A DNA stretch of 63,056 nucleotides, the filler included, from Saprolegnia diclina VS20 (lineage: Eukaryota), in NCBI RefSeq assembly GCF_000281045.1. It is 8 parts of 7 records of this genome, joined end to end, with 100 filler letters (N's around TTAATTAATTAA, not from the genome) between each part and the next. Parts side by side here need not be neighbours in the genome. Positions count along the whole stretch, not along the records: positions 1 to 15,920 come from NW_008246274.1; positions 16,021 to 24,409 come from NW_008246276.1; 6 more parts are not named here. The stretch is one strand, 5' to 3'. The position numbers and the translations under genes were made by a program. Positions 11,636 to 24,409 of the stretch are shown here, one piece after another. The notes under the pieces are model-generated. The model was not told where the DNA came from. It did no database searches and was given only the letters and a program-made list of their open reading frames with translations. Each line of letters starts with the position of its first letter. Positions within the stretch are counted from its first letter, which is position 1.

Positions 11636-14600
11636 ATGGTGGGCCGCTTTGTCACGAATCGCTCCGGCCCCGGCGGATCGGCCGCGTTCGAGCTCGACCC
11701 GGCGAGCGTCTCGGCAGTCTTTCCCACGCACGACTTCTCGACGGCGCTCAAGGCCATGGTTGAGGTCTCGCTCCGCGACGTTGGCAGCCTTCTACCCAAG
11801 GATGCCCACGACATCGACACGGCCAAGCTTCAGGCCTTTTTTCCGGACGGCCTCGAGGCCACGGATGAGCTCGTCGTGCTGCCGTACAGCAAAGTTCGGA
11901 CTCAAACGGTGGGCCTCGACAACCTCCCGACTCTTCCTCTCGGCCACCGCGCTGTGTTTCTCGGGCAGGTCAAGCTGGAGCTCGCGCCGGGTATCGACCC
12001 GACGCGGTTCATCGCGATTGGTGGCCCGCAGCTCGACATCCTCCTTGCGGGGAAGTATCGCCTCATGAAGTGGAAGCGCGACGTCCAAAAATTGCTCCAA
12101 GCCTCCGCAGCGATTCCGGCCAACCCGCCGACGACGCCTCAGCGTATCAGAGGCAACCCGCACCTCATGGCGTCTCCGTCGCCCCATCGCATCGGCGGGC
12201 GCACCATGACGTCTCCGTCACCCCAGCGCATGGGCGGGCGCTTCACGGCATCTCCGTCGGCCCGAGGCTTGTCGCCACTACCGACGCGATCACCAATCTT
12301 GATCGATCACATTCCACTGCCGTCGCCGGCGTCGTCGCCCGTCCAGAAGAAGAAGAAGGCCGGCGCGCGTCTCAAGGCAATGGCGGAATTCGACCCGATC
12401 AAGACGATGAAGACGGCGTTCGACGACGCTAAGACGCCCAAGACGCTCAAGACGCCCAAGACGCTCAAGACGCCGAAATCGTCCTCTGAGACGCGCCGTT
12501 TTTTCCTCCAAGCGCTATTGCCCGACGCGCCCGCGTTCTCGGCCAAGATGTCGACCAAGGAGACGCACAAGGAGTACTTTACTGCGCTACTCATCGCCGA
12601 AGCCCAAGCCGCGATCGCCTCTGGGTACGTTTTCTCTCGATATCGCAATATAAACTCATATTTTCTGTGTAATTAGGAAACAAACGCTGCCGGCTACTTT
12701 TACCGCACTCGCAGCTTCATTCGAAGGCGTCTCGGACCCCAACGTGGCGACGTTCAAGACGCTCGAGAAGAACTTGCTCATTTTTGGCGACGTCGTCCGC
12801 CTCAAAGTGTGTCAATCGACTGCCTCCTCTATTTCTATACGCATTAAATGATTAGGTCGACAGCGCGCGACATGCGATCGGCATCGTCGAGCGCGTGTAC
12901 GGGCCCATGATCGACATCGTCCTCCTCCAGGCGGACAAGAAGGCGCTCGGCCTCCCGAAGACCAAGGCGATCGATGCCAAGGTGGTCACGTCGCTGGTGA
13001 CGACGCTGCGGATGCTGGACGGCGTCGGCTCCGTCGACAAGTTGCCCGAGCATTTGCGCGACGTCGTGCTCAACCAGTCGAGCGCCGCCGCGACCGTCTC
13101 GGTGCTCAAGGCTGCTGCGACGACGCTCCGTGACGTTATCCAGAAGTCGACCGGGTTGCCCAAGACGCCGACCAAGGGCAAGGGCAAGAAGCCGGCCAAG
13201 AAGAAGGTACAATGCTTTCTTTGCCGTGTCTCGCCTCACATTAATGCAATAGATGCCCACGGACGACGAAGACGCCGTGTTGACGCTCTTAATGGACCTC
13301 GCCAAGATGACGTTGTCGGTCGAAAGCCTCGAGGTACGATATCCCTTGATTTGCGTCTCAATATATTATTGTTGTGTGCTTAGGCGACCCAGATCCACGA
13401 GGTCGTGGCCGAGCTTGTCGACAAGGCCAAGGCGCCGACCGAAGACATTGCGATGGCGGCGGCCACGCTCGACAACTTGTACAAGTTGCTCCTCACGGTA
13501 CACCTCTTGTCTTCACACTGCGCAAACTTGCTCCCTTCTGCTTTAGCCGTCGCTCTACGACGTGGACCGCACGGTGGCCGGGCTCCTCGCGTCGGAGATG
13601 AACGCCACGCAGTTCCAGGCGCTGCGTCGCGGCCTCGGCAACCTCGAGACCGGTATCTCGCTTTGGAAGGGTCCGCCGGGTACTGGCAAGACGACGACGA
13701 TCTGCGCCCTGCTCTCGGCCCTCCTCTCCAAGGCCCCACCGTCCAAGGGCCGGCTCCCGAGTGTTCTCGTGACCTCGGACTCGAACGCGGCGATCGACGA
13801 GATCATCGAGCGCGTCTTCTCGGTCGGCATACACCTCGTCGGCCACCCTACGAAAGTCCGAGCGCAACTGCCGCGCCCGAAGGATCTGCCGCAGCCCGCG
13901 CTCACGGCCGTCAAGATGGGCAGTCGACATGGCGCGCGGGACATTGGCCTCGCGACGGCGGCCGATCACTACAAGGCCGAGATCAACGACGCGCTCCGCC
14001 GGCTTCCCGCCAACGACAAGCGCGTCATGGACCTCCACGTCAAGAAGGACCGAAGCAAGTCGGAGCTCTTGGCGCGCATTGCGGACAGGGCCAACATCGT
14101 CTTTGCGACGCATTCGTCGTGCGCGGGTTCCGACATGGCGTTCAAGCTCCGGCAATCGGGGTACGCCTCTCTCTCACCCAATGAAAACGCATTTGCATCT
14201 GTAGCTTTGACGCGGTCATTGTCGACGAGTGCGGCCAAGCGACCGAGCCAAGCTCGCTTCTCGCGCTCCTCGCGCAAGCCGGTCGGTTCTTTTTGGTTGG
14301 CGACACCAAGCAGCTCGCGCCGACGGTGCCCAGCAAGGCCGCAGAGGAGCACGGCTTGGCCGTCTCGCTCATGGAGCGCTTGGAAGGGTATCTGCCCGTG
14401 ACGATGCTCAACGTACGTACTACAAAGGATCATAATTTGATTCTCACCCAACGACTGTAGGAGCAACACCGCATGCACCCCTTTATGAGTGCATTCACGA
14501 CCAAGGCGTTCTACGACGGTGGCTTGACGGACGCGCCGGCGATCGCGCGACGTGTGCTGGCCCAAGACCCGGCCATGTACGCGCACCCGATGTTCCAGCC

Positions 14601-15523
14601 GCTCACGGTCGTCGACATTGCGGGTGTCGAGAAGTTCGTCGGCACGTCCAAGTACAACGACGCCGAAGCCACGTTTTGCATCGACCAGGTCCGTCGTTCA
14701 TGACGCACGTCATGCTGACATTCCTTTTTGTAGATCGAGCAACTCATGATGACATACCCGCGCGTCCAGAGCGGCGAGTGGAGCATCGGCGTCATCACGC
14801 CGTACAAGCCGCAAGTGCACAAGCTTGTGGCCGCCATTGACGCCAAGATTGCGGCCAAGATGATGGACACCAAGCCGTGGTCCAGCATTGAGGTGTCGTC
14901 GGTCGACGGCTTCCAGGTACCTCTCGCAATAAAAGATCATGGGACTGAGGTGCAATTTAGGGCCGCGAGAAGGACATTATCATCGTGTCGTGCGTCACGA
15001 GTGGCAAGATGGGCTTCCTCGCCGACGACCGCCGCACGAACGTCATGACATCGCGCAGCCGCCGCTTCTGCCTCATCAACTGTACATTTATTGTCTCTGG
15101 ACGACGATGCGACAGGACACTGTAGGCAATGCCTCGGCGCTCCAAGGCCACGCGACGTGGCGCAAGCTGTTGGCGCACGCCAAGCACAAGTGCGCGTTTG
15201 TCGACGCCGGCACCAAGAGCTTTGCGGCGGTGTGGGCCGAGACTGAGGCGGACGACGACCTCAAGGCTCGCGTCTTCTACCAGCACGCGACGCTCCGTGC
15301 GACGCTCGAGCAACACGAGGACGAAGAAGAAAAGGCGGACCCGTGCGAGGAAGAGAATGCCCCGAACGAGCAAGAGACCAATGACGAGACGCTTTATGAC
15401 GCCAAGCGCAAGCGCCGCGACAGTCCCAAGGTACGTCTCGACTGGAACGCCTTGGATCTCATTTGTCTCGGCAACTAGGGTCGCGGCACTCCCAAAAAAC
15501 GTTCTGGCGCCGCGCAAGGGTAG
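11636..15523 (+). CDS. Upf1/Sen1-like superfamily 1 helicase (AAA_11/AAA_12) with a long unrecognised N-terminus; multi-exon
   Basis: Walker A KGPPGTGKT, DSNAAIDEI, VIVDECGQATEP, LVGDTKQLAPTV, SLMERL, QHRMHP, IGVITPYKPQV, SVDGFQ|GREKDIIIVSCV, GFLADDRRTNVMTSRSR, GNASAL; GT-AG introns join the ORF pieces. The start codon is uncertain. Confidence 0.88.
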
Positions 15524-15753
15524 GGTATCGTGCGTTATCGCTCCGATGGCTCATGCAAAAGTGCAGAAGGCGCGTCGGACGTGACCAAGCGCGACGCAGG
15601 CCACTATGAACCGTCTCCAGCCCGCGGACACCGCGCCTGCGCTGCTCCTTATTTTATTCCTAATTAATGCGTATTTAACAAGCACCTGCATGAGGTTGAT
15701 CGAGATCGCTACGTGTCCCCTTGGCATTCCGACATTTCGACATTCCAAACCAA

Positions 15754-15920
15754 ATCGTGGACCCATGTTCTTGAAAACTTGGCCATGACAGGGCTACTAC
15801 GGTGCTACTACGGTGCCAAAGTACTGTATAGACACTGCGACGACGGACCCAACGGGGCGCCTGCACGTCCCTTGCAGTAGCTGACCCTTTCCACCTCGGC
15901 TTGCTTGTCCGCAGGCTAAT
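15754..15920 (+). repeat. Direct repeat copy B, truncated by a gap
   Basis: Matches 9946-10096, with an extra internal gctactacggt duplication. Confidence 0.9.
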
Positions 15921-16020
15921 NNNNNNNNNNNNNNNNNNNNNNNNNNNNNNNNNNNNNNNNNNNNTTAATTAATTAANNNNNNNNNNNNNNNNNNNNNNNN
16001 NNNNNNNNNNNNNNNNNNNN

Positions 16021-18665
16021 CAAGGCCAGACGGTCGCGCTTGTCGGCTCGTCCGGCTCGGGCAAGAGCACGCTTGTCGCCCTCCTTGAGCGCTTTTACGA
16101 ACCCACGAGCGGCCAGATCCTCCTCGACGGCCGCGACATATCGTCGCTCCAGCTCAAGTGGCTTCGGTCACAGATCGGCCTCGTGTCCCAGGAACCCGTC
16201 CTCTTTGCGACGACGATCCTCGAAAACATTGCGGCCGGCGGCGACAACATCTCCAAGGACGAGGTGATCGCGGCCGCGAAGCTCGCCAACGCCCACGACT
16301 TTATCATGAGCCTTCCGAACCAGTACGACACCATGTGCGGCGAGAAGGGCACGACGTTGTCCGGTGGCCAAAAGCAGCGCGTCGCGATCGCCCGAGCGCT
16401 CGTGCGGCAGCCCAAGATCCTCGTGCTCGACGAAGCCACGTCGGCGCTCGACAACGAGAGCGAGCGCGTCGTGCAGGCGGCGCTCAACGACCTCATGGAG
16501 AAGACCAACATGACGACGATCGTGATTGCGCACCGGCTGTCGACGATCCGCAAGGCAGACAAGATCATCGTGTTGTCCAAGGGTCTCGTGGTCGAAGAGG
16601 GCACGCATGCGACGTTGATGGACATTGAAGACGGGTTGTACCGGACGTTGGTCGAGCTCCAAGACGGCACGGCGTCGACCGACTCGTCGGATGTTGACTC
16701 GCCGTCGCACGCCGAGCGCATCTCGCTGGCGCTGGAAGCGGCGGACGTCGACAAGGCCGAGCTCATCCGCAAGTATAGCAGCGTGTCGCACCACCACATC
16801 GACTTTGACGCGCTCCCAGTGGCGGGTCGAGGCGCCGGCCGCCGAGGTCTCGCTCTGGCGCATCATCCAGCTGACCAAGCCGGAGCGGCCGTACATGATT
16901 GCGGGGTTCGCTGCGTGCATTTTGAACGGCTTCTCGATGCCCGGTATCTCGCTCATCATCTCGAACGTGCTCTCGTCGATGCAAAAGTACTTTACGCTCT
17001 TCGTACAAACCAAGGACGCGTCGTACCTCCACACGCTCTACACCGACATTCGGACGCAGGCGATCATCTTCATCGGGATCGCGGTCGCCATGTTCTTTGT
17101 CGGCTTCACGCAGACCTTTAGCTTCCGCACGATAGCCGAGAAGCTCACGACGCGGCTGCGCAACATGCACTTCCAGGCGCTCATGCGCCAGGACATTGGC
17201 TACTTTGACATGGACGGCCACACGACCGGCGCTTTGACAACCGACCTCGCCACGTACTCGACCAAGGTCGTCGTCATCGCCGGCGAGAACCAAGCGCGGC
17301 TACTGCAGACCATCTTTACCATGGTCGGCGGTCTCGTCATCTCGTTTGGCTTTGGCAGCTGGCAGCTCACGCTCGTCATGCTCTGCGTCATGCCCATCAT
17401 GCTCATTGCGTCCGTCGTGCGCACGCGTCAGCTCCGCAACCACAACGTCACCGACACGCTCACCACGTCCGGATCGCTTGCGACTGAAGCGATCGTCAAC
17501 GCCCGGACGGTCACGGCCCTCGGCCTTCAAGAGAACCTTGTCGCCAAGTACGATACGCTGCTGCTCGAGCCGATGCAAGACGGCGTCCGCGAAGCTCAAG
17601 TCAACGGCCTCATGACCGGCTTTGGCCCGGCNNNNNNNNNNNNNNNNNNNNNNNNNNNNNNNNNNNNNNNNNNNNNNNNNNNNNNNNNNNNNNNNNNNNN
17701 NNNNNNNNNNNNNNNNNNNNNNNNNNNNNNNNNNNNNNNNNNNNNNNNNNNNNNNNNNNNNNNNNNNNNNNNNNNNNNNNNNNNNNNNNNNNNNNNNNNN
17801 NNNNNNNNNNNNNNNNNNNNNNNNNNNNNNNNNNNNNNNNNNNNNNNNNNNNNNNNNNNNNNNNNNNNNNNNNNNNNNNNNNNNNNNNNNNNNNNNNNNN
17901 NNNNNNNNNNNNNNNNNNNNNNNNNNNNNNNNNNNNNNNNNNNNNNNNNNNNNNNNNNNNNNNNNNNNNNNNNNNNNNNNNNNNNNNNNNNNNNNNNNNN
18001 NNNNNNNNNNNNNNNNNNNNNNNNNNNNNNNNNNNNNNNNNNNNNNNNNNNNNNNNNNNNNNNNNNNNNNNNNNNNNNNNNNNNNNNNNNNNNNNNNNNN
18101 NNNNNNNNNNNNNNNNNNNNNNNNNNNNNNNNNNNNNNNNNNNNNNNNNNNNNNNNNNNNNNNNNNNNNNNNNNNNNNNNNNNNNNNNNNNNNNNNNNNN
18201 NNNNNNNNNNNNNNNNNNNNNNNNNNNNNNNNNNNNNNNNNNNNNNNNNNNNNNNNNNNNNNNNNNNNNNNNNNNNNNNNNNNNNNNNNNNNNNNNNNNN
18301 NNNNNNNNNNNNNNNNNNNNNNNNNNACGCAAGTGGGTCTCAAAGGCGAGCAGCTCTCGGGCGGCCAGAAGCAGCGCATCGCGATCGCGCGTGCGATCAT
18401 GAAGAACCCGTCGATTTTGCTACTGGACGAAGCCACGTCGGCGCTCGACTCGGAGAGCGAAAAGGTCGTCCAAGAAGCGCTCGACAAGCTGCTGGCGGCC
18501 AAGGGCCGGACGACGATCGTGATTGCGCACCGCCTCTCGACGATCCGGAACGCCGACAAGATCTGCGTCGTGAGCGGCGGCCGCATCGCAGAGCAAGGCA
18601 CACACGACGAGCTCATGCGTCTCAACGGCATCTACACGCACCTCGCGTCGCACAACCAGATCTAG
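16021..18665 (+). CDS. ABCB/P-glycoprotein (MDR1-like) full transporter, copy 1; 5' part missing, internal gap, apparent frameshift near 16824
   Basis: NBD1 [47 protein letters not shown]2; NBD2 end [26 protein letters not shown]. Confidence 0.92.
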
Positions 18666-18808
18666 TCTGCCTCACGCTACGATCGCAGAAGTGCTGTCTA
18701 GCATTTTACATCATTTTAAACCTTAAACCTGTTTTCACTACCTTGAAACACTGATAGATTGCCATCATGTCGTGTCGGCTCAAGACAATATTGTAGTTTC
18801 CTATCGTC

Positions 18809-20166
18809 TCAAGACAACTTGGTACTACTTTGGTTGGGTCGACGGCTCTTGAAGCATATAAGGCCGGCGACGGCAGCACCGCTTGCAGCTCCGAGACCTA
18901 GCCATGGCAGCCACCACGGTGGCGCCATCCCGGTTGCGTCGCGAAGATGGGGTGCATCGGCGGTCGCAAAGGTCGCGTGAAGGTACGTGAGAACCGCCGC
19001 TTCCTCCCAGTCGGTCGTCGATCGACATTGCGGGCACTCATCTTGTGAAGGCCACGCCGAGCGCGCGATGCTGTTGATAGCGTTGTGCAGTCGCCACATA
19101 TGCAACGCGATCGCGGGTCGCGGCGCGTGCTGGAGTATCTCCAGTGTCTCGATCGAATGGTACGTCTCTAGGAAGGCGCTACGTCCTTCATCAGCATCAC
19201 AGACAATCGACATATTGGTCGTACCGGCACGGCGGGCAGTGCCCAAAGTGCTGCATGAACAGCTGCAGCGTCGGCACGAGGCGGGTCGGCGCAGGCGAGA
19301 GACTCATGCGGTGGAGCAGCATCCAGAGACCGCAGTTGTACGACGTACACGCCAAGTACGTCGAGCCGTCGCCGTGGAAAAGAGCGTCGTCGGTGCTCGC
19401 GGCCCACTGCGCGAGGAGCTGCTGCCATTCGTCGGCCTCGAGCGTCGTCTTGCGGCGCAGCGCGGCATGCAGACGAAGCACAGCGCGACGATGACTGCCG
19501 TGCGTCATCGCGTCTGCCACGAGGTGTATCCACTCGCAGAGCGCAGCCAATAGCGCCGGGCGCAAGGTCGCTCGCTGGTAAAAGACGTGGTGGTGGAGGC
19601 CAAAGAGGAAGGCGGCGACCGCGTCGTGGGACCGCGTCCAAGGCGAAAAGGGTTGATACTGCAGCACCAACGGTCGGTGGTCGACCTTCGGGTCGGCGGG
19701 GTGGAAGCCTTTCTGCAGCGTCTGCACGGTCTGTACAACGTCTGCAAGGAGGGGTGCGCCAGCGTCCACATAATTGAGGCCGCGGCCGAGGCCAAAGTTG
19801 TAATAGCCGATGGCCGGAAAGGCCGCCATGTGCTGCGCCGCGCAGAGGTCCTTGGCTTCAAGACAGCTCACGGCGCCGACGCGCACAGCCCGTTGCGACG
19901 CAAAGTGCGCGGCGATCGACGTGACCTCGACCGCGTACTCGACGCAGTGGGCGCAGCTACACGCAACAACACCACGTCAACTGGGACATCTCGGAAAGCC
20001 CGTCGTACTAGGGGTGATAGAAATCAATGATCCATGGCTCGGGGCCTTCGAGCAGCGCGTAAAAGGTGGCATTTGTCATGCTCGTGACGTTAACATGGTC
20101 CGAGGGAAAGAGCGGCGCGCTGGCCGCGACGACGACGGCCAGCAGCGCGGCCGGGATCTTCTGCAT
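18809..20166 (-). CDS. QSOX: QSOX-like sulfhydryl oxidase (signal peptide, thioredoxin, Erv/ALR, C-terminal TM)
   Basis: IIDFYHP|YCAHC across an intron, VGAVSC, YNCGLWMLLH, HFGHCPPCR, WRLHNAIN, WPSQDECPQC; hydrophobic termini. Confidence 0.85.
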
Positions 20167-20468
20167 TCGAAACGAACAGTATAAAACGGCAATGTCACAC
20201 CATCTGCTACATGTATAAAACGGTTTGATACACGATGCGAACCTTCTCGTGCACCGGACGAGACGAGACGGCATGGATCGCGGTGTGGCTGCCGTCGGAC
20301 CTACGTAAAAGGTTCATGACCTGCTTGTGTGCAATGGTATCGCTCGTACAAGCCGCCGCGTATCGTCGACTCCTGCCCGCGTGAGACGACCGCCAAACTG
20401 CTGTGTACAAAACTGTTTTAAACACTGTTGCCCGTCTGCCCTATGCCAGTGAATCATCGAGTAACACG

Positions 20469-21581
20469 ATGCTGTCGATGGCCTTGCAGCAGCGAGCCGC
20501 CCGCACCGCCTACCGTGGCATTCGCGCCTTCCAGACAACGACCGTGCTCTGCGCCCGCAAGGGCAAGTCGGCTTCGCGGCTCTCGATCAAGCGCGGTGTC
20601 CGCGTACGTCCCGCCGCCTGTCTACGCATCGCCTCATGGCGTTGGCCTAGGACACGCAAGAGGCCTTTCGTGGCTTTGACATGTCGGGCTTTGAAGCCGC
20701 GGATGCCGAAGTGAAGCGCACGAACCTGCGCGCGGCCATGGATCAGCTCAACGACCCGCACTCGCTCGAGATGGACATGATTCCGCTCGCGCGCAAAGCG
20801 GCGCTGGAGGAGGAAGACGGCATGATGACGGAAGAAGAGGCAAGCGATGCTAGCGCCAGAGACGCTGTCTTATGATGGCCGTAGTTTGAGGCGTTCCTTG
20901 CTGGCGACGACGAAGACGACGAAGACGAAGACGACGAAGCCGAGTTTGACCGCGAGCTCGAAGAGCTCGATAAGGAAGACAACAAGAAGCGCGTGACGCA
21001 AATGCTGTCACCGGACCGCGCCATGCACGCACTGAACGCGGACGAGAATGCTCGGCGACCGGCAGCCAACAAGAACCAAATCCCGCTGCAGAAGACCGTC
21101 AACTCGCGCTTTGACCCGGAAGTCGTTGGCCACCGGCAAGAGCGCAACGGCAACATCCTCCAGTCCTTCCTTCAGGACACATTTGTGATGCACACGGATC
21201 TGTGCACGCACGAAATGCAAGTGTGGGTCACCCAAGTACGACCAACGGCATCACGTCTGCTCGAGGAATCGATGCTGTCTAGGTCAAGGCGTCGCCGGAC
21301 CTCCGCAACGCCATTGTGTTTTGGGACGTCTCGCGACCCGACGGCTCGGCCGTCTCCAAGAAGGCGGTTGCCAAAGTCCGGCACCGTCTCATGGGCATGA
21401 CGGGCTGGCTCCGCGTGCGCATGACGCAGCACCTCCGCCTCCGCGTACGTAGCTGTGTCCTTTGTCAAATTCATGGCATTTTGTCTAGTACACGCCCAAG
21501 CTCGAGTTCCGTATGCAAGACCACACCGAGCTCGAGGGCCGAAAGCGCTTGGACGCGATCTTGCGCTCTGTAGGGTATTAG
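20469..21581 (+). CDS. RBFA: Ribosome-binding factor A, probably mitochondrial; multi-exon
   Basis: Arg/Ala-rich N-terminal presequence; RQERNG..VWVTQ|VKASPDLRNAIVFW..WLRVRMTQHLRLR|YTPKLEFR matches the RbfA pattern. Confidence 0.8.
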
Positions 21582-22210
21582 AGTTTCCGCTGACGCATTC
21601 TCAAACGACGGAAAAAGTAATAGCATCGTGTGTAAGGCGCGTGTGGGAGCTCTTAATAGTGTGAACACCCGTGGCGGGAAACAGAGATTTCGAATAAGTC
21701 GGCGTTGAAAGATCGCCATCGAGCCCAATTTTTATCCGGATCAGTTCCGGACAGAGGTTTTTGAGACTCCGACAGGCCAATTTACTGACGCAATTGATGC
21801 TGACGCCTGAGGCGCTTTGGTGGATGACTGACACTGTCCATCGAGGTAGCAACCGTGATGGGCGAAGAACGCCGAGAAGTAGAAACACAAAGGCAAGGTG
21901 CAATAACTTTAATTGGGAAATCGCCGCCCACGACAAGGCACGCGACAAGCGATCGGTTCCGAAGCTCGAGCTGCGTGTACAGATTATGCGGGCGGGTGAT
22001 GTGAATCGGCGCAGAGCTCAAACCACGAGTGCTACCACGTCTCGCAAGAGAAGCAACGGACGACGCAGCCAAGTGGACACAGCAACCCACCGCTCGCCGT
22101 TGATGCTCTACGAATGGGTGGCGGGTGATCGAAAAGTCGTGTCGTGTGAAGGCCACACAGGACGCTTGTTTTGATATCGAACGCGTTCGATACGACATTG
22201 ATGACAAGTT

Positions 22211-22431
22211 GACTGTCGTGGCTAGGTCTCGGTGCTGCGAGCGGTGCTGCCGTCGCCGGCCTTGTCTGCGTCAAGAGCCGTCGACCCAACCAAAGTAGTA
22301 ACGTTATTGCATGTAAGCTGTCTGATGATATGTCACACTGACGAACCATCCATTTCCAAAAATAGAGCAAAACGTGTCTATATTGACGTAAAATGCTAGA
22401 CAGCACTACTGCGATCGTAGCGTGAGGCAGA
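22211..22431 (+). repeat. Inverted, diverged copy of 18666-18910 (ABC 3' flank plus QSOX 3' end)
   Basis: ggctaggtctcggtgctgcgagcggtgctgccgtcgccggcctt..caagagccgtcgacccaaccaaagtagta is the reverse complement of 18822-18903 with few mismatches. Confidence 0.85.
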
Positions 22432-24409
22432 CTAGATCTGGTTGTGCGACGCGAGGTGCGTGTAGATGCCGTTGAGACGCATGAGCTCGTCGTGTGTGCC
22501 TTGCTCTGCGATGCGGCCGCCGCTCACGACGCAGATCTTGTCGGCGTTCCGGATCGTCGAGAGGCGGTGCGCAATCACGATCGTCGTCCGGCCCTTGGCC
22601 GCCAGCAGCTTGTCGAGCGCTTCTTGGACGACCTTTTCGCTCTCCGAGTCGAGCGCCGACGTGGCTTCGTCCAGTAGCAAAATCGACGGGTTCTTCATGA
22701 TCGCACGCGCGATCGCGATGCGCTGCTTCTGGCCGCCCGAGAGCTGCTCGCCTTTGAGACCCACTTGCGTCTCGTACCCGTCGGGAAACTGCGAGATGAA
22801 GTTGTGGGCGTTCGCCATCTTGGCGGCCGCTTCCACGCGCGCTTGGAGGTCCGGCACGTTGTCAATGTTGGCGAGGCCGCCGGCAATATTCTCGGCGATC
22901 GTGCCCACAAACAAGACGGGCTCTTGGCCGACGAGACCGATCTGGTTGCGCAGCCACGGGAGGTTGAGCGTCGCGAGCTCGCGGCCGTCGAGCGTGATGG
23001 AGCCGGCTTGTTGCTGGTAGAAGCGTTCGAGGAGCGCCACGACCGTGCTCTTGCCGCCGCCACTGGGACCGCAAAACGCGACCGTCTGACCCGGCTCAAT
23101 CGTCAAATCGTAGTGCTTGAGGACTTGGATGTTGGGGCGGGTCGGGTAGTGAAAATGGACGTCCTTGAAGACGATGCGACCTTCGACCGAGTTGGGCACG
23201 ACACCTTCGTCGACCTTGGACGAGTCGATGATCGGTTTACGTTCGACGATCGCGAAGATGACTTTCGCTGCTTTTTGTGCCGAGTCGGTGTCGCTGATAA
23301 AACCAGCCGACTGGCCCATGCCTTGAGCTGCCATCATGACGGCCATGAGCGTGCGGATCATTTCGTCGAAGCTGATGGCGCCGTCTTGGATGAGCTTGTT
23401 GCCATACCAGAACACCAGCGCGTAGACGGCAAACATGGAGAAGGTCGAGAAGCCATTCATGATGCCGTTGATGTGCGACTCGCGGACGCCGTCCTTCATC
23501 GGCTGCTCGAGCATCTCGTCGTACTTGGCAGCAAGCGTCTCTTGGAGGCCGAGTGCGGTCACCGTCCGGGCGTTGACAATGGCTTCGGTGGCGACCGAGC
23601 CCGAGAGCGAGAGGCTGTCACTGACCTTCTGGCCCGCCAACACCGGGCCTCGAAACAAGGAGGCCATCACCAAAAGAGGCATGGTGCAGAGCATGACGAG
23701 CGTGAGTTGCCAGCTGCCGAAGCCAAACGAGATGATCATGGCCGCGATGAACGTAAAGATCGTCTGCACGATAAGCGACTGGTTCTCGCCGGCGATCGCA
23801 ACCACCTTGGTCGCGTGCGTCGAGAGGTCGGTTGTCAAAGCGCCGGTCGTGTGGCCGTCCATGTCAAAGTAGCCAATGTCCTGGCGCATGAGCGCCTGGA
23901 AGTGCATGTTGCGAAGCCGGGTCGTGAGCTTCTCGCCAATGTACCGGAACGAGAACAGCTGAAGAGAAGCGACAAAAAACGAAGCAACGGCGACGCCAAA
24001 GAAAATGATGCCTTGGGCACGCACGTCGGAGTAGAGCGTGTCGAGGTACTCGGTCCTCTTCGTGTCCAAATAGAGGCCGTAGTTCTTCTGCATGGCCGAC
24101 ATGGCGCTCGAGATGATGAGCGAGACGCCGGGCATCGAAAAGCCTTGAATGCAGCACGCCAGAAAGCCAACGACGAGGTACTTGCGCTGCGGCTTGGTCA
24201 GCTCCATGATCTGGCGCAAAGACACGTCCCGCATCTCCGACTCGACCGACGCCGACGACAGCGCGTCAAAGTTGATTTGGTGGTGCGACGCACTGCTAGC
24301 CTGTCGAGCGAGCTGCGACTTCACGATGTTGTCCTTAGCGCCGTCAAGAAAGGGCGACGCCGTACCGTCTTGGAGCTCGACCAACGTCCGGTACAACCCG
24401 TCTTCAATG
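22432..24409 (-). CDS. ABCB/P-glycoprotein full transporter, copy 2 (TMD2 + NBD2; 5' part lost in a gap)
   Basis: 654-aa ORF with six TM segments, [36 protein letters not shown]. Confidence 0.95.

Noticed and set aside
11636..15523. Helitron interpretation of the helicase
   Set aside because: The motifs are Upf1/Sen1-type, not PIF1, and no Rep/HUH domain is visible.
15965..15976. Recurrent TTAATTAATTAA flanked by N runs (also near 24454, 39057, 40817, 45701, 58965, 61978)
   Set aside because: Artificial six-frame stop linker used to join contigs; not a biological repeat or CRISPR.
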